This document shows positions 1-9,402 of a DNA stretch of 64,000 bases, piece after piece; position 1 is the first letter of the stretch; every line of letters begins with the position of its first letter. The DNA lies in the sequence record NC_070998.1; one strand, given 5' to 3'. The notes below the pieces were generated by a model. The model did not search any database. It was given only the letters and a program-made list of their open reading frames with translations, and was not told where the DNA came from. The position numbers and the translations under genes are program-made.

Positions 1-1008
1 GCCATCCCAGATTACCCGTATTACCTGGAACTGTGCCGCATAGTAGCTCAAAACGATCATGTCAAACAAACAGGTCGTTTGAACTTCAACAACAACAACG
101 TAAGTAAAGCTGCTATGGAGTTGGTGATTTATCTATTCGAGATGGTTTTCCCATCATGCCTGGATAACACTATAGCGAGTTACTCCGTGGTATCTCCTGA
201 CGCCGCACGTTTAACTGCTTACCTGCACTCTTACGGCTTGGTAGTAAGTGAGCTCAATTCCCTGATCAGCAAGTTCCGTAAGGATTTCGATACCATTGGT
301 ATTTATGGCATTGAACTAGACTGGCTGACTGAACTGGATTCATTGGGTGAATACAAAGGTCTTATTCCTCCCCTGGATTACAACAACTACAACGTAACCA
401 CTTCTGGTGACAATGTAGGAAGTCGTGCTCCTAGTAAAGCTGTCACTACCTTTAACCTATTTGGTAATAACGCGACCCAACAAAACCAGCAACAACAAAC
501 CAATACAGCTGTAAAGCAACCTAATGCTCCAGCGGCTCGTCCTGGTGAGCATTACATGGGATGTGACTACACCGAGTCCAATGGTGTATTTGAGTTTAAG
601 TTCCAAATGCCTGGTGGTTTGATTCGTTCTGTATCAGTAACCGAAGATAACCGCATTATCAATGAGATTGTAATTAATCCTGCGATGAGTGCGATGAACG
701 GTCTGGGGAATACTCCTCTCGGAGGTATGAATGATCCACGTTTGCTTATGGCTCTTGCTCAAATGCAAAACAATGGTATTCCTCCCCTGATGGGTATGGG
801 GATGAATAATGGTGGTGGGTTTGTTCGTGACCCATATACTGGTCAAATGGTTCCTACCGGTGGTAATAACGGCTATAACAACAATGGTTATAACTCAGCA
901 CCACTTGGTACCAATGACGCGTGGGGGAATAACAGCAATCAATATCAACCTATGGACGCTTATACAGCCACTGGCGCAGGTGGTACTGTAGGTGTAAATA
1001 ACTTCTAA
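1..1008 (+). CDS. 5'-truncated protein with N/Q/G/M-rich low-complexity C-terminal half; syntenic with phiKZ gp70
   Basis: Frame 1 is open from base 1 (AIPDYPYYLELCRIV...) through the TTG at 79 to TAA at 1008, so the gene starts upstream of the window. Lies just before the nvRNAP beta-C/beta'-C pair, as gp70 does in phiKZ (synteny inference). Confidence 0.8.
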   Translation, partial: AIPDYPYYLELCRIVAQNDHVKQTGRLNFNNNNVSKAAMELVIYLFEMVFPSCLDNTIASYSVVSPDAARLTAYLHSYGLVVSELNSLISKFRKDFDTIGIYGIELDWLTELDSLGEYKGLIPPLDYNNYNVTTSGDNVGSRAPSKAVTTFNLFGNNATQQNQQQQTNTAVKQPNAPAARPGEHYMGCDYTESNGVFEFKFQMPGGLIRSVSVTEDNRIINEIVINPAMSAMNGLGNTPLGGMNDPRLLMALAQMQNNGIPPLMGMGMNNGGGFVRDPYTGQMVPTGGNNGYNNNGYNSAPLGTNDAWGNNSNQYQPMDAYTATGAGGTVGVNNF

Positions 1009-1024
1009 ACAACAATAAGGTAGA

Positions 1025-1054
1025 CCTGTAAGTCAGCTAATGCTGACTTACAGG
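1025..1054. terminator. Intrinsic terminator hairpin between convergent genes
   Basis: CCTGTAAGTCAGC-TAAT-GCTGACTTACAGG, 13-bp perfect stem, followed by CTATTTT. Confidence 0.8.
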
Positions 1055-1069
1055 CTATTTTACCAATAT

Positions 1070-1408
1070 TTAATTTTCTCTTCTCACTCTAGTTACTTGG
1101 ATAACAGAGTTAATGTTTTCTCTAGTAACAGTCCAAATCCCTTTTAAGTGGGAGAAATCTTGATTAGGATTCTCTATTCCATTTAAATAAGAAATAGTCC
1201 AGATCATATCTTCAGGAATAAGACTATTCATTCCCCCCATACTCCTAAGTAGTTTATGAAAATTGTTGCGATAAGCGAACCGTAAACTATCATCTACAAA
1301 AGGAGAGAATGAAGCTCTAGCTAAAAGGATTTCTTTACAACTTCGAATAATAGTTTTGTATTCTTCAGTGTAGAAAAAAGAATTACCAGAGTTCATAGAA
1401 ATTGGCAT
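1070..1408 (-). CDS. Hypothetical protein, 112 aa
   Basis: Fills the gap between terminator and next promoter; AGGAA upstream on the minus strand; no recognisable motif. Confidence 0.6.
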   Translation of the reverse strand: MPISMNSGNSFFYTEEYKTIIRSCKEILLARASFSPFVDDSLRFAYRNNFHKLLRSMGGMNSLIPEDMIWTISYLNGIENPNQDFSHLKGIWTVTRENINSVIQVTRVRREN

Positions 1409-1443
1409 GACAAAAGTTTCCTTTTATTAATTTTTTACAAGCC

Positions 1444-1477
1444 CTATAATATTTCAGACCGATATTATTAGAATGTA
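1444..1477 (+). promoter_or_regulatory. Putative early (virion-RNAP) promoter
   Basis: CTATAATATTTCAGACCGATATTATTAGAATGTA, one of six ungapped 34-bp copies; core resembles the phiKZ early TATATTAC element. Confidence 0.7.
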
Positions 1478-1498
1478 ATTCTAGGGAGATATTTAAAA

Positions 1499-3601
1499 AT
1501 GAAAGACAAGAAACCTAAAAACCAACTTACCCATAGAACAAATGGTCTAGCGGTCGGGCTGAACGCATGTAAAGTCTCTTCATCACCTGCTAGATTATAC
1601 ATGCTTTCGAAAAATCTCGGCAAAGCGGCGGTAGTCTGGCATCCGACAAATAGGAAGTTTAGCGCTGGCGATGAAGTCGAGTATGGGAAGACTGCTCGAA
1701 AAGTAGAAGCAGAGTCTGATGTGGAAGTTGAGGCTATTTTCTTTCCACGTAATATCCTTAACACCACCGAGCCTAATCTTTGGGGTAAAGTAAACGTTAT
1801 AGTTCGTAATCTAGAAACAGGAATCTATGACGTGATTGAACTGGAAAAGTTCAATACTCAAAACATGGATTTGGGATTCGAGTACAAATACGATGATGAT
1901 CTACTTCGTAGTATCAAACCTGGTAGTCAATATCGTAAAGGGACTGTGTTTGGACAATCAGCTCGTATTTCTGAGAGTAATGAATGGTGTCCAGGTATTG
2001 AAACTAAAGTAGCTGCTATGAGCCACGTCTATACAGAAGAAGATGCTGTTCTGATCTTTGAAAGTTATGCACGTAAGGTTGGTGTTACTTTTAGTCGTAA
2101 ACATGATTACCAGTGGAACGAAGAAGAGTTTATTCCGCTTAACTTGTACGGTAGCGCTGATAAACCACAACTCTGTCCACTGTCTGGCGAGCGCGTTCGG
2201 GAAGACGGTATTGTAATGGGGTTTCGTCGTAAGGATCCTAATGCAGGTATCTCAGGGATGACTAAACGCTCCCTGATGATTCCAGATCCTATTTACGATG
2301 TATTGTTCTACTCCAGCCCAAACTGTATTGTAGCTGACATCGAAGTTCAAACAGAACGTTACAAGAACCAATCTAATAATCGTAAAGCTGAGAAGCTCAC
2401 TCAACCTCACACTTTGATCTTGGAAAAGATCGAAGAAGAATATAACAACTATTATAACGATATTGTTAAATGGTTCGTTAATAAAGAACGTCAATATGCT
2501 GACAATGTTCCTTTGTCAGGGAAACTCTGGAATCTGATCTTTATGGCACGCGGTGCTATTACAAGGGATTTCAGCACTCCTCACTCTAATGGTAAATTCC
2601 ATAAGGTAAAACGTAAAATCCACAACATCAATCTAAAGGACTGGCGTATTATCGTTACTCTTAAGGAAGATGTAGAAGGTAAGGTACGTTTCAAGAATAC
2701 TGGTATGGATGGTAACAAATCCGTTATCATGAAAATCTTACCTGACTCTATGGCGCCTGTAGATGAGTATGGTAACAAAGCTGATATGATTGTGGGTAAT
2801 ACACCTGCATTTCGTCGTCAAACTTTGGGGTCGTTGATCGAGCTTGACGTGAACTTTGTTAACCAATATGTTTACAGAGAGATTAAACAAGCTTTTGAAA
2901 GTAAGGATTACGTGACAGCTTGGGATAAAGCACATCTGTTCTACAAAACAGTTAATCCCTCATTTGGGGAACTGGTAGAACAACTGAACGCTGAAGAACG
3001 AATGGCTCACCTAAGATGGATTATGAAAGATGAGAATGAATTCGGTATTCTAGCACCTTCCGGTACTGATGACATAGGGATTAAGATCACTGAACGTTTG
3101 GCTGATACTTATGCTCATATCAAACCAACCCCTGTTACTTACATGAACGAGAATGGAGTCAAGATCACTACCATTCACCCTATTGTAATTAGTTCACTTT
3201 ATTACTTGATGCTGGATAAGTTTGGTGATGACATTAGTTGTCAATCTATGCCCAAACTTAATATCTTTGGACTTCCAACCTCACTTAGTAAGCACGAACG
3301 TTCTCGTGACTTCTATCGTGCCACGTTGAACCGTAACGTTGGTGAAACTGAAGGTCGGTTGTTCGTTAACCAGAAAGGCGGAGCTGCTGCTGTACGTAGT
3401 TTGGCACTAGCTAACAGTCCTGAGTTGTTAAGCTTGGCTGGTAAACGTATTATCCGTGCTGATAATCCATTCTTGATTAAACATCTGATTAAACCAGGTG
3501 AGGAACGACGTAACCATTCTCTACAAGTGATTGATAACATCATGAGTGACTTTGGTCTTAAGCTTAGAACAGAGCGTTCTAGCGACCGTACCCACGATTA
3601 A
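1499..3601 (+). CDS. rpoB: Non-virion RNA polymerase beta subunit, C-terminal part (phiKZ gp71-73-like)
   Basis: KNTGMDGNKSVI matches beta GRHGNKGV; DMIVGNTPAFRRQTLGSLIE matches DIILNPLGVPSRMNIGQ; NVGETE matches RFGEME; followed by the beta'-C gene. Confidence 0.9.
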   Translation: MKDKKPKNQLTHRTNGLAVGLNACKVSSSPARLYMLSKNLGKAAVVWHPTNRKFSAGDEVEYGKTARKVEAESDVEVEAIFFPRNILNTTEPNLWGKVNVIVRNLETGIYDVIELEKFNTQNMDLGFEYKYDDDLLRSIKPGSQYRKGTVFGQSARISESNEWCPGIETKVAAMSHVYTEEDAVLIFESYARKVGVTFSRKHDYQWNEEEFIPLNLYGSADKPQLCPLSGERVREDGIVMGFRRKDPNAGISGMTKRSLMIPDPIYDVLFYSSPNCIVADIEVQTERYKNQSNNRKAEKLTQPHTLILEKIEEEYNNYYNDIVKWFVNKERQYADNVPLSGKLWNLIFMARGAITRDFSTPHSNGKFHKVKRKIHNINLKDWRIIVTLKEDVEGKVRFKNTGMDGNKSVIMKILPDSMAPVDEYGNKADMIVGNTPAFRRQTLGSLIELDVNFVNQYVYREIKQAFESKDYVTAWDKAHLFYKTVNPSFGELVEQLNAEERMAHLRWIMKDENEFGILAPSGTDDIGIKITERLADTYAHIKPTPVTYMNENGVKITTIHPIVISSLYYLMLDKFGDDISCQSMPKLNIFGLPTSLSKHERSRDFYRATLNRNVGETEGRLFVNQKGGAAAVRSLALANSPELLSLAGKRIIRADNPFLIKHLIKPGEERRNHSLQVIDNIMSDFGLKLRTERSSDRTHD

Positions 3602-3633
3602 GAAGTTCTTTTAGTTTAGTAAAAGAGGATCCG

Positions 3634-5658
3634 ATGAAAACAATTAGATTAAGAGAATTTGCAGCACTTGATCAAGTTACAATGCTCAATATGACAGAGC
3701 GTCGTTATAAAGTGGAAGTGATCGATGATCAAGGGGAAAAAGTTATCACTGATAGTTGGCTATTGGCTATTAACTGGTACACTCTTATCCCTCATCGTTA
3801 CTTCCACAATGAGCCTTATTATATTGACGAGGTAATCGTTCTGAAGTCCAAGGAAGGACGTCAGAGCTTTATTGACGATGATAAGTTGAAACATCCGGTG
3901 GACAACTTCCTAGGTCGTATTATGCCTAAGAACGACGATCCCGCTTTCTACGATATGATTAAACAATTGATTTTTGTTTATCATAACGCTTGTCATAACT
4001 ATTTGTGCGTTAAATCCGAGCACGGTGTTGTATCGGCTCGTTCTATGGACGTGTTACATGTACTGAGAAATCCAAAGATCGCTGATCTGAAGAAACGTGT
4101 TCAATCAGGTCAAACTTGTATGGCTGATGGAGCTAAAGAGTTTGAACAGATCATGATGACCGAGCCTGATTTTGATAAATCAGTATTTGGGTTATTGTAC
4201 CGCACACGTTCTGTATCAAGCGTCCAGTCATTCCAGTTGGTAATAGCTCGTGGTGATGTAACAGATCTTAACGGAACTATTCTCCCTAATACCATTATGG
4301 AATCGTACGCTGATGGTATTACCAATCTTGCTGATAGTCTAGCTGACTCTAAAGGTGCTGGTTTCTCGTTGATCTCTAACGGACAGGCACTACAGGACTC
4401 TGAGTGGTTCCACAAGAAGATCCACAACGTTGCTCAGGTAGTTAAAGGTATTGACTACCAAAAGGACTGTGGGAGCACTACAGGGACGATTGTAAAGATT
4501 GTCTCTAAAGAGTTTAAACAGTCTTTGGCTGGGAAGTGGCGAATCCTGGAAGATGGTTCTTTGGAACTATTGATCGGTAAAGCGTTGGATAAGATCGAAA
4601 CTGGAGAAAGGGTAACTTATCGCTCTGTAGCTTGGTGTCGACATGGTAGAACAGGAAGACCGTGTTCCGTGTGTTTTGGTAAAATGGAATCAGCACTGCC
4701 GTTTAACCCTTACACACGAAGAGGAGCAGTTCCTGGATTGTTCTACGGCTCTACTCTTGCTGAACCTATTGGTCAATCTATCCTTAAGACTAAACACCGG
4801 ATTGGTTCTGCGTCAGCTAAAGGGTTTGTAGTTAATCGAGCTGATGCTGATTATATTACTGGTGATGAGTCTGGTGACTATATCTACTTTAAGAAAGAGA
4901 TCCTTAATGAAGATTCTGATCCATATTTGATCTTGGATAAGGAAACACAGCAAGACTTCTCCGACTTTAAGTTTATGGAAAACTTGGAAGATATTGATCT
5001 GTCGCGTGTTCTTAGAACATACGAAACAATTAAACTGCGGGTAAGTATTTCTAACCCTATGTTTGAGAGTAAGAAAGCGGTTCATTATCCCATCATCACC
5101 ACTACTGTTGCAAGTCGCGATGCAAGGATGACCAGAGCGCTTGTAGAGTACTTGTTGGAGCAACCTATAGAGGAGGAGGGTAAAACCTTTAAGATCTCTC
5201 TTAAGGGGTTTGACGCTAAGGAGCCGGCATTTGAGTTACCGCAAGTAAACGAGGACTTGGATGCCTATCGTAAGAGGGTAGAAAACAAGTTTAAGTTTGA
5301 TGAAGTTAAGAATCGTTGGGATCACTGGATTACACCTGAAATCTTTGGTGAGTACGTGGTATCTCTTTGGAAGGTAATTGATGAGAAGTACAAAGGTGCT
5401 AACATCATCATGACTGATATCTTCCTCTGGGCTTGTACAGCTATTGATCCTAATAACCTGGATTATGGTTTGCCTGGTGAAGCTGACAAACGTGTGTTTG
5501 TTTCACTGCACGAGTCTATTATCCATGGTGGTATGAGTAATGCGCTAGTATACGGTTATCAGAAAGAAAGCTTAATTAACGAACCATATCGGTTCCTTGT
5601 TAAGAACCGTAAGGGCGGTGTACTGGAAGCATTCATGAATCCAATCGCAATTAAGTGA
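3634..5658 (+). CDS. rpoC: Non-virion RNA polymerase beta' subunit, C-terminal part (phiKZ gp74-like)
   Basis: Bridge-helix-like region, DCGST and WCRHGRTGRPCSVCFG zinc ligands, AEPIGQSILKTKH equivalent to the trigger-loop GEPGTQLTMRTFH. Confidence 0.9.
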   Translation: MKTIRLREFAALDQVTMLNMTERRYKVEVIDDQGEKVITDSWLLAINWYTLIPHRYFHNEPYYIDEVIVLKSKEGRQSFIDDDKLKHPVDNFLGRIMPKNDDPAFYDMIKQLIFVYHNACHNYLCVKSEHGVVSARSMDVLHVLRNPKIADLKKRVQSGQTCMADGAKEFEQIMMTEPDFDKSVFGLLYRTRSVSSVQSFQLVIARGDVTDLNGTILPNTIMESYADGITNLADSLADSKGAGFSLISNGQALQDSEWFHKKIHNVAQVVKGIDYQKDCGSTTGTIVKIVSKEFKQSLAGKWRILEDGSLELLIGKALDKIETGERVTYRSVAWCRHGRTGRPCSVCFGKMESALPFNPYTRRGAVPGLFYGSTLAEPIGQSILKTKHRIGSASAKGFVVNRADADYITGDESGDYIYFKKEILNEDSDPYLILDKETQQDFSDFKFMENLEDIDLSRVLRTYETIKLRVSISNPMFESKKAVHYPIITTTVASRDARMTRALVEYLLEQPIEEEGKTFKISLKGFDAKEPAFELPQVNEDLDAYRKRVENKFKFDEVKNRWDHWITPEIFGEYVVSLWKVIDEKYKGANIIMTDIFLWACTAIDPNNLDYGLPGEADKRVFVSLHESIIHGGMSNALVYGYQKESLINEPYRFLVKNRKGGVLEAFMNPIAIK

Positions 5659-5664
5659 AAATGT

Positions 5665-5691
5665 CCTACCTAGACACGTTGTTTAGGTAGG
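5665..5691 (+). terminator. Intrinsic terminator
   Basis: CCTACCTAGAC-ACGTT-GTTTAGGTAGG then TTTTATTT. Confidence 0.8.
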
Positions 5692-5710
5692 TTTTATTTG
5701 GAGTTTAGTT

Positions 5711-6058
5711 ATGAAGCGTCTTTTTCTGATTAAAGCTGGAACTGATCTACTTCCTTATTTGATGCCGAAGTTAAATCAAGTTCACGTCCCTAAAAAGAAA
5801 CGCGGTATAATGAAAGCAGGAACCGATCTTGTTCTTATTTATAGCAAAGGGAAGTGTTTGGTACAACGGGCGGATATTCGTACTCCCTATCGACACATGA
5901 TTTTCACGTTCAATATTACAGATTGGCATAAGTACATTTACCCTATGGAACTTACCTGTCTTTCCACACAGGGGCTAATAACAGATCAAGTAGACGGGTT
6001 ACCTTGGGTTCAACCCGATGGATTTAAACCAAGTAGTGTAAATGTTAAAACATATTAA
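5711..6058 (+). CDS. Hypothetical protein, 115 aa, internal KAGTDL repeat
   Basis: GGAG Shine-Dalgarno; LIKAGTDLL and IMKAGTDLV repeat. Confidence 0.75.
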   Translation: MKRLFLIKAGTDLLPYLMPKLNQVHVPKKKRGIMKAGTDLVLIYSKGKCLVQRADIRTPYRHMIFTFNITDWHKYIYPMELTCLSTQGLITDQVDGLPWVQPDGFKPSSVNVKTY

Positions 6059-6067
6059 GGATAAATC

Positions 6068-6463
6068 ATGAAAAAGTTTTATTGCTTTACTGCTGGTCAA
6101 TTGGTACCTTCCTGGGTTGTCGATTTTGTTTCCCACGACCGTGAATCAGAATTTAATAATAAAAATGCCAAGATAGTTTTCTCCAGTTCTTGTATAGGTA
6201 TTAAAGAAGACGACGGACATGTCAAACTTCTTAGACTCAATGATAAAAATGATGACCAAAATCATTTTTATATAAAAATTGACGATATGGTTAACGCAGA
6301 TGTTGGTGGTGTCGGTAAGGGTCGCGGTATTCATATCTCAAGTAGAAGTCACCAAAAAGATTTTGGTAAGGGTCTTCACTATTCACACTCTATTGTAAAT
6401 GGCAAAGAAGTCCTAACTCAACTGAAAGGATCCGATGATGTCTCTATCCAAGGAAGTAAATAA
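6068..6463 (+). CDS. Hypothetical protein, 131 aa
   Basis: TAAGGA SD; tightly packed after the previous gene. Confidence 0.75.
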   Translation: MKKFYCFTAGQLVPSWVVDFVSHDRESEFNNKNAKIVFSSSCIGIKEDDGHVKLLRLNDKNDDQNHFYIKIDDMVNADVGGVGKGRGIHISSRSHQKDFGKGLHYSHSIVNGKEVLTQLKGSDDVSIQGSK

Positions 6464-6554
6464 ACTCTTTGACGAAATAGAGCTCAAAATCTCTAAACTC
6501 CAAAAGAGACAGGTTGAGCGCAAAGAACCTGCTCAAACCCCTAAAAAGTCATAG
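6435..6554 (+). CDS. Small charged protein, 39 aa (MMSLSKEVNKLFDEIELKISKLQKRQVERKEPAQTPKKS), absent from the ORF track
   Basis: AAAGGA at 6425-6430; overlaps the end of the previous gene; TAG at 6552-6554 just before a terminator. Confidence 0.55.
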   Translation: MMSLSKEVNKLFDEIELKISKLQKRQVERKEPAQTPKKS

Positions 6555-6565
6555 AAGTAAACTAA

Positions 6566-6585
6566 GGAGTGGTTTTCACCACTCC
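6566..6585 (+). terminator. Short hairpin, probable terminator
   Basis: GGAGTGGT-TTTC-ACCACTCC then GTTTA. Confidence 0.55.
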
Positions 6586-6704
6586 GTTTACAAAAGTGCA
6601 TTAATAAAAACAGTGGATATAATTCGTTAGAAACCAATCTTTTGTGACCCCTTTCCTAGAGGTTAAATGATATAACGTTTTATGTGTTCTGATGGAGATA
6701 CCTA

Positions 6705-8846
6705 ATGAGAAAGACGTTAGAGGTTTATAAAGCTAGTACCTACGTTAGGCTCACTGGGTATAAACCGGAATTAGTTAAACAGATATTAATGCCTTTTTGT
6801 AAACGTAACTTTGCAAGAGTACAAAAGGTTCCAGGTGATTTATACGGAACACATAAGTGGGAAATCACCCATGTGTTCGCGAGATTCAATAATGATAAAA
6901 CAGAATTAAGGTTCTGTTCATCAATGCTACCTGAACTAATTAAACTCATGACTAGTTCCGGTTATAAAGAGTCACGCATTTCTATTCAAGACGAAAAGGT
7001 AATTAAACCTAAAAAGGTAGTATTACCTTTACTTAATCCAAAGATTAAACCAAGGGATGAAGAACAGGAAGAGTTCTGCGAGTTCATGATGAACGAAGAT
7101 CCTCTTTCTATTAACAACCTTCCGCCGGGGAGGGGTAAAGCACAGCCATTATCATCACTAGTCAAAGTTCCAAATGGCTGGAAAAAGATGGGTGATATCC
7201 GACCGGGTGATAAAGTTACCGCTTGGGATGGTACAACTGTTAATGTTCTTTCTATACATCCACAGGGTGTGAAAGACATTTACGAGTTCACCTTTGCTGA
7301 TGGAAGAACAGCTAAAAGTACCCTAGATCACCTTTGGAAGGTCTTTGATGCTGTATTGGATACTTGGGTGGTGTTAACAACCAAAGAGATCATACAGGGC
7401 GATGTAAAGCGTTTTTCAATACCATTGTTTAAACCTTCAAAAGAAGAATACGAAGATTTAAATAATCAGTTGGAAATGAACTGCTTGGTAATTGATGATA
7501 AAGTTGAAGAACGAACCTTTATGGCGAGTCGTGCCGAATACATTACTGAGTCAGTAAGATCGTTAGGTGGAATTTGTGAGTGTAAATATAGTGATGGATT
7601 TTTCACAGTAACTGGAGACATAAGTCCTGTAGAAAATAAACTCGGTATTGTGTCGGTGTTCAAGATCAGTCAAGAAGAAGCTCAATGTATTTCTATTGAC
7701 CATCCAGATCACTTGTACATCACTGATAACTACGTAGTAACACACAACACGTTCTGCGCCCTATACTCAGCACACCATGTTGGTGAAAGAGTTCTTATCA
7801 CAGTTCTGCCACGGTTCGTTGATATCTGGGTTAAAGCGTTTGGTGAGTTTTACAATATCAAACCTGAAGATGTAGTAGTGGCTGACATCATTGGCGTTCC
7901 TGAACTACATCAAGCTATCGTTAATAACGTGATAGACCCTAAGATCATCATTCTTCCTTTAACTAAGATTGATATTTATCTGAAGAAAATGAGAGATGAT
8001 GAAACTCTACCAAGTCTTGATCAAGTGTTCAATGATCTTGGTTGTGGGATCCGTGTTATTGACGAAGCGCATGAATCGATCTATTCGGTTTATAGTAGTT
8101 TGATGTTTGGTAACCACAAACGCACTTTTGTGTTATCAGGGACATTGAAAGGTGATGATGAATTTGTAAACAAAATTTACAATGCAATCTTTCCCTTTAG
8201 TTGTTACCTGAGATCTCCAGAACACACACCTTACATGCACGTTGTTGCTTATTTCCATCGAATGGATTTATTTAAACATCGTATAAATACAAAAGGTTTT
8301 GGTGGTTATAGCCACGTAAAATTTGAGCAAGGGATATTAAAGAAACCTTGTTTATTTGAAAACTACTACCAAATGCTTTTAGGTGCGTATAAACAGTTTT
8401 ATTTGGACGACTACTTAGAAGGTCAAAAGTCAATGTGGTTTTTTGCCACTACTGAGTTTTGTGATAAGTTCAATGAAAGGTTACTTGTTGACTATCCAGA
8501 GTTAGATTCTATTGTCTTTAACTCTAAGACTAGTAAAAAGGACCCAAATGGATACAGAGAACACACCAATGTCGTAACAACGCCAGGATCTTGCGGTACC
8601 GGAAAAGACATACCCAAGCTCTTTACAGTGTTCTCACCTATAGCTGTGTCTTCTTCCCAGCGTAACAACCAAATGGTCTGTCGCACTAGACCAGTTGATA
8701 AATGGTGGCCAGAACTAATGCCGTACTTTGTTTATTTTGTTTGTCAAGATGAGAAAAAGCAAGTAGAGTACGGTAGAAAGAGAAGGGAACTTTTTAATGG
8801 TGTTTGTAAGAAGTTTTCTATTATCGATAGTGGTGTAAGAATGTAA
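6705..8846 (+). CDS. Superfamily 2 (DExH) helicase with intein (phiKZ gp75-like)
   Basis: Walker A PPGRGK/T split by the intein; VIDEAH Walker B; LSGT motif III; GTGKDIP motif V; QMVCRTRP motif VI. Confidence 0.9.
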   Translation: MRKTLEVYKASTYVRLTGYKPELVKQILMPFCKRNFARVQKVPGDLYGTHKWEITHVFARFNNDKTELRFCSSMLPELIKLMTSSGYKESRISIQDEKVIKPKKVVLPLLNPKIKPRDEEQEEFCEFMMNEDPLSINNLPPGRGKAQPLSSLVKVPNGWKKMGDIRPGDKVTAWDGTTVNVLSIHPQGVKDIYEFTFADGRTAKSTLDHLWKVFDAVLDTWVVLTTKEIIQGDVKRFSIPLFKPSKEEYEDLNNQLEMNCLVIDDKVEERTFMASRAEYITESVRSLGGICECKYSDGFFTVTGDISPVENKLGIVSVFKISQEEAQCISIDHPDHLYITDNYVVTHNTFCALYSAHHVGERVLITVLPRFVDIWVKAFGEFYNIKPEDVVVADIIGVPELHQAIVNNVIDPKIIILPLTKIDIYLKKMRDDETLPSLDQVFNDLGCGIRVIDEAHESIYSVYSSLMFGNHKRTFVLSGTLKGDDEFVNKIYNAIFPFSCYLRSPEHTPYMHVVAYFHRMDLFKHRINTKGFGGYSHVKFEQGILKKPCLFENYYQMLLGAYKQFYLDDYLEGQKSMWFFATTEFCDKFNERLLVDYPELDSIVFNSKTSKKDPNGYREHTNVVTTPGSCGTGKDIPKLFTVFSPIAVSSSQRNNQMVCRTRPVDKWWPELMPYFVYFVCQDEKKQVEYGRKRRELFNGVCKKFSIIDSGVRM
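7140..7748 (+). mobile_element. Class-3 (WCT) mini-intein, 203 aa, in the helicase P-loop
   Basis: Starts AQPLSS (Ala1); block B STLDHLW; block F AQCISID; ends VVTHN followed by +1 Thr; excision restores GRGKT. Confidence 0.92.
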
Positions 8847-8855
8847 ATAAAAACT

Positions 8856-8887
8856 GACTCTACCAAGCTTTGATGCTTGGTAGAGTC
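8856..8887 (+). terminator. Intrinsic terminator
   Basis: GACTCTACCAAGC-TTTGAT-GCTTGGTAGAGTC then TTTATT. Confidence 0.85.
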
Positions 8888-8907
8888 TTTATTAAAGGTT
8901 GAGAGAA

Positions 8908-9402
8908 ATGCAAGCTAATTTTAATACGATTACATTCTCGCTTCCTAATGTGAGAAACGAAGAAGTTTTAAATGCCATTGTAACTGGACTAATGACCATT
9001 ATCGCTAATCAGTTTAACAACGGCGATGAAATGAGCTGTGTTTTCAATAGAGACATTGCTTATTACAGCATGGGAGAAGTCATTACTGATAATGTAATGG
9101 ATGAGCAACAGTTCCAATCTTTACATCAGCAGGCAGTATCTGGACTAGAACATATATTAACACATCAGTTAACTACTCTAGAAATGCTTGTATCAACTTC
9201 TGACGGTCTTTCCGACATAATCCCATATGTTTCCCCTGGTGTTATCTTACTTTACATTAGAGAAGGTTTGGTGAGTAATATCAATGGCACGTATGCAAGT
9301 ATAGAAAGTAACAATCAGGCTTATTTCGAATACTGCCAAATAGTAGGAGATAAGCCAAGTAATAGTTTTCTTACTAATGGTGATTTCAGTGAGATCATTT
9401 AA
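8908..9402 (+). CDS. Hypothetical protein (ATG 8908; alternative TTG 8899)
   Basis: Open frame, purine-rich upstream; first of three packed genes. Confidence 0.7.
   Translation: MQANFNTITFSLPNVRNEEVLNAIVTGLMTIIANQFNNGDEMSCVFNRDIAYYSMGEVITDNVMDEQQFQSLHQQAVSGLEHILTHQLTTLEMLVSTSDGLSDIIPYVSPGVILLYIREGLVSNINGTYASIESNNQAYFEYCQIVGDKPSNSFLTNGDFSEII

Noticed and set aside
79-81. TTG start assigned to the first ORF
   Set aside because: The frame is open from base 1 with no SD before 79; the gene starts outside the window.
84-100. AAC and CAA trinucleotide runs as microsatellites
   Set aside because: Short, in-frame and explained by Asn/Gln-rich coding.
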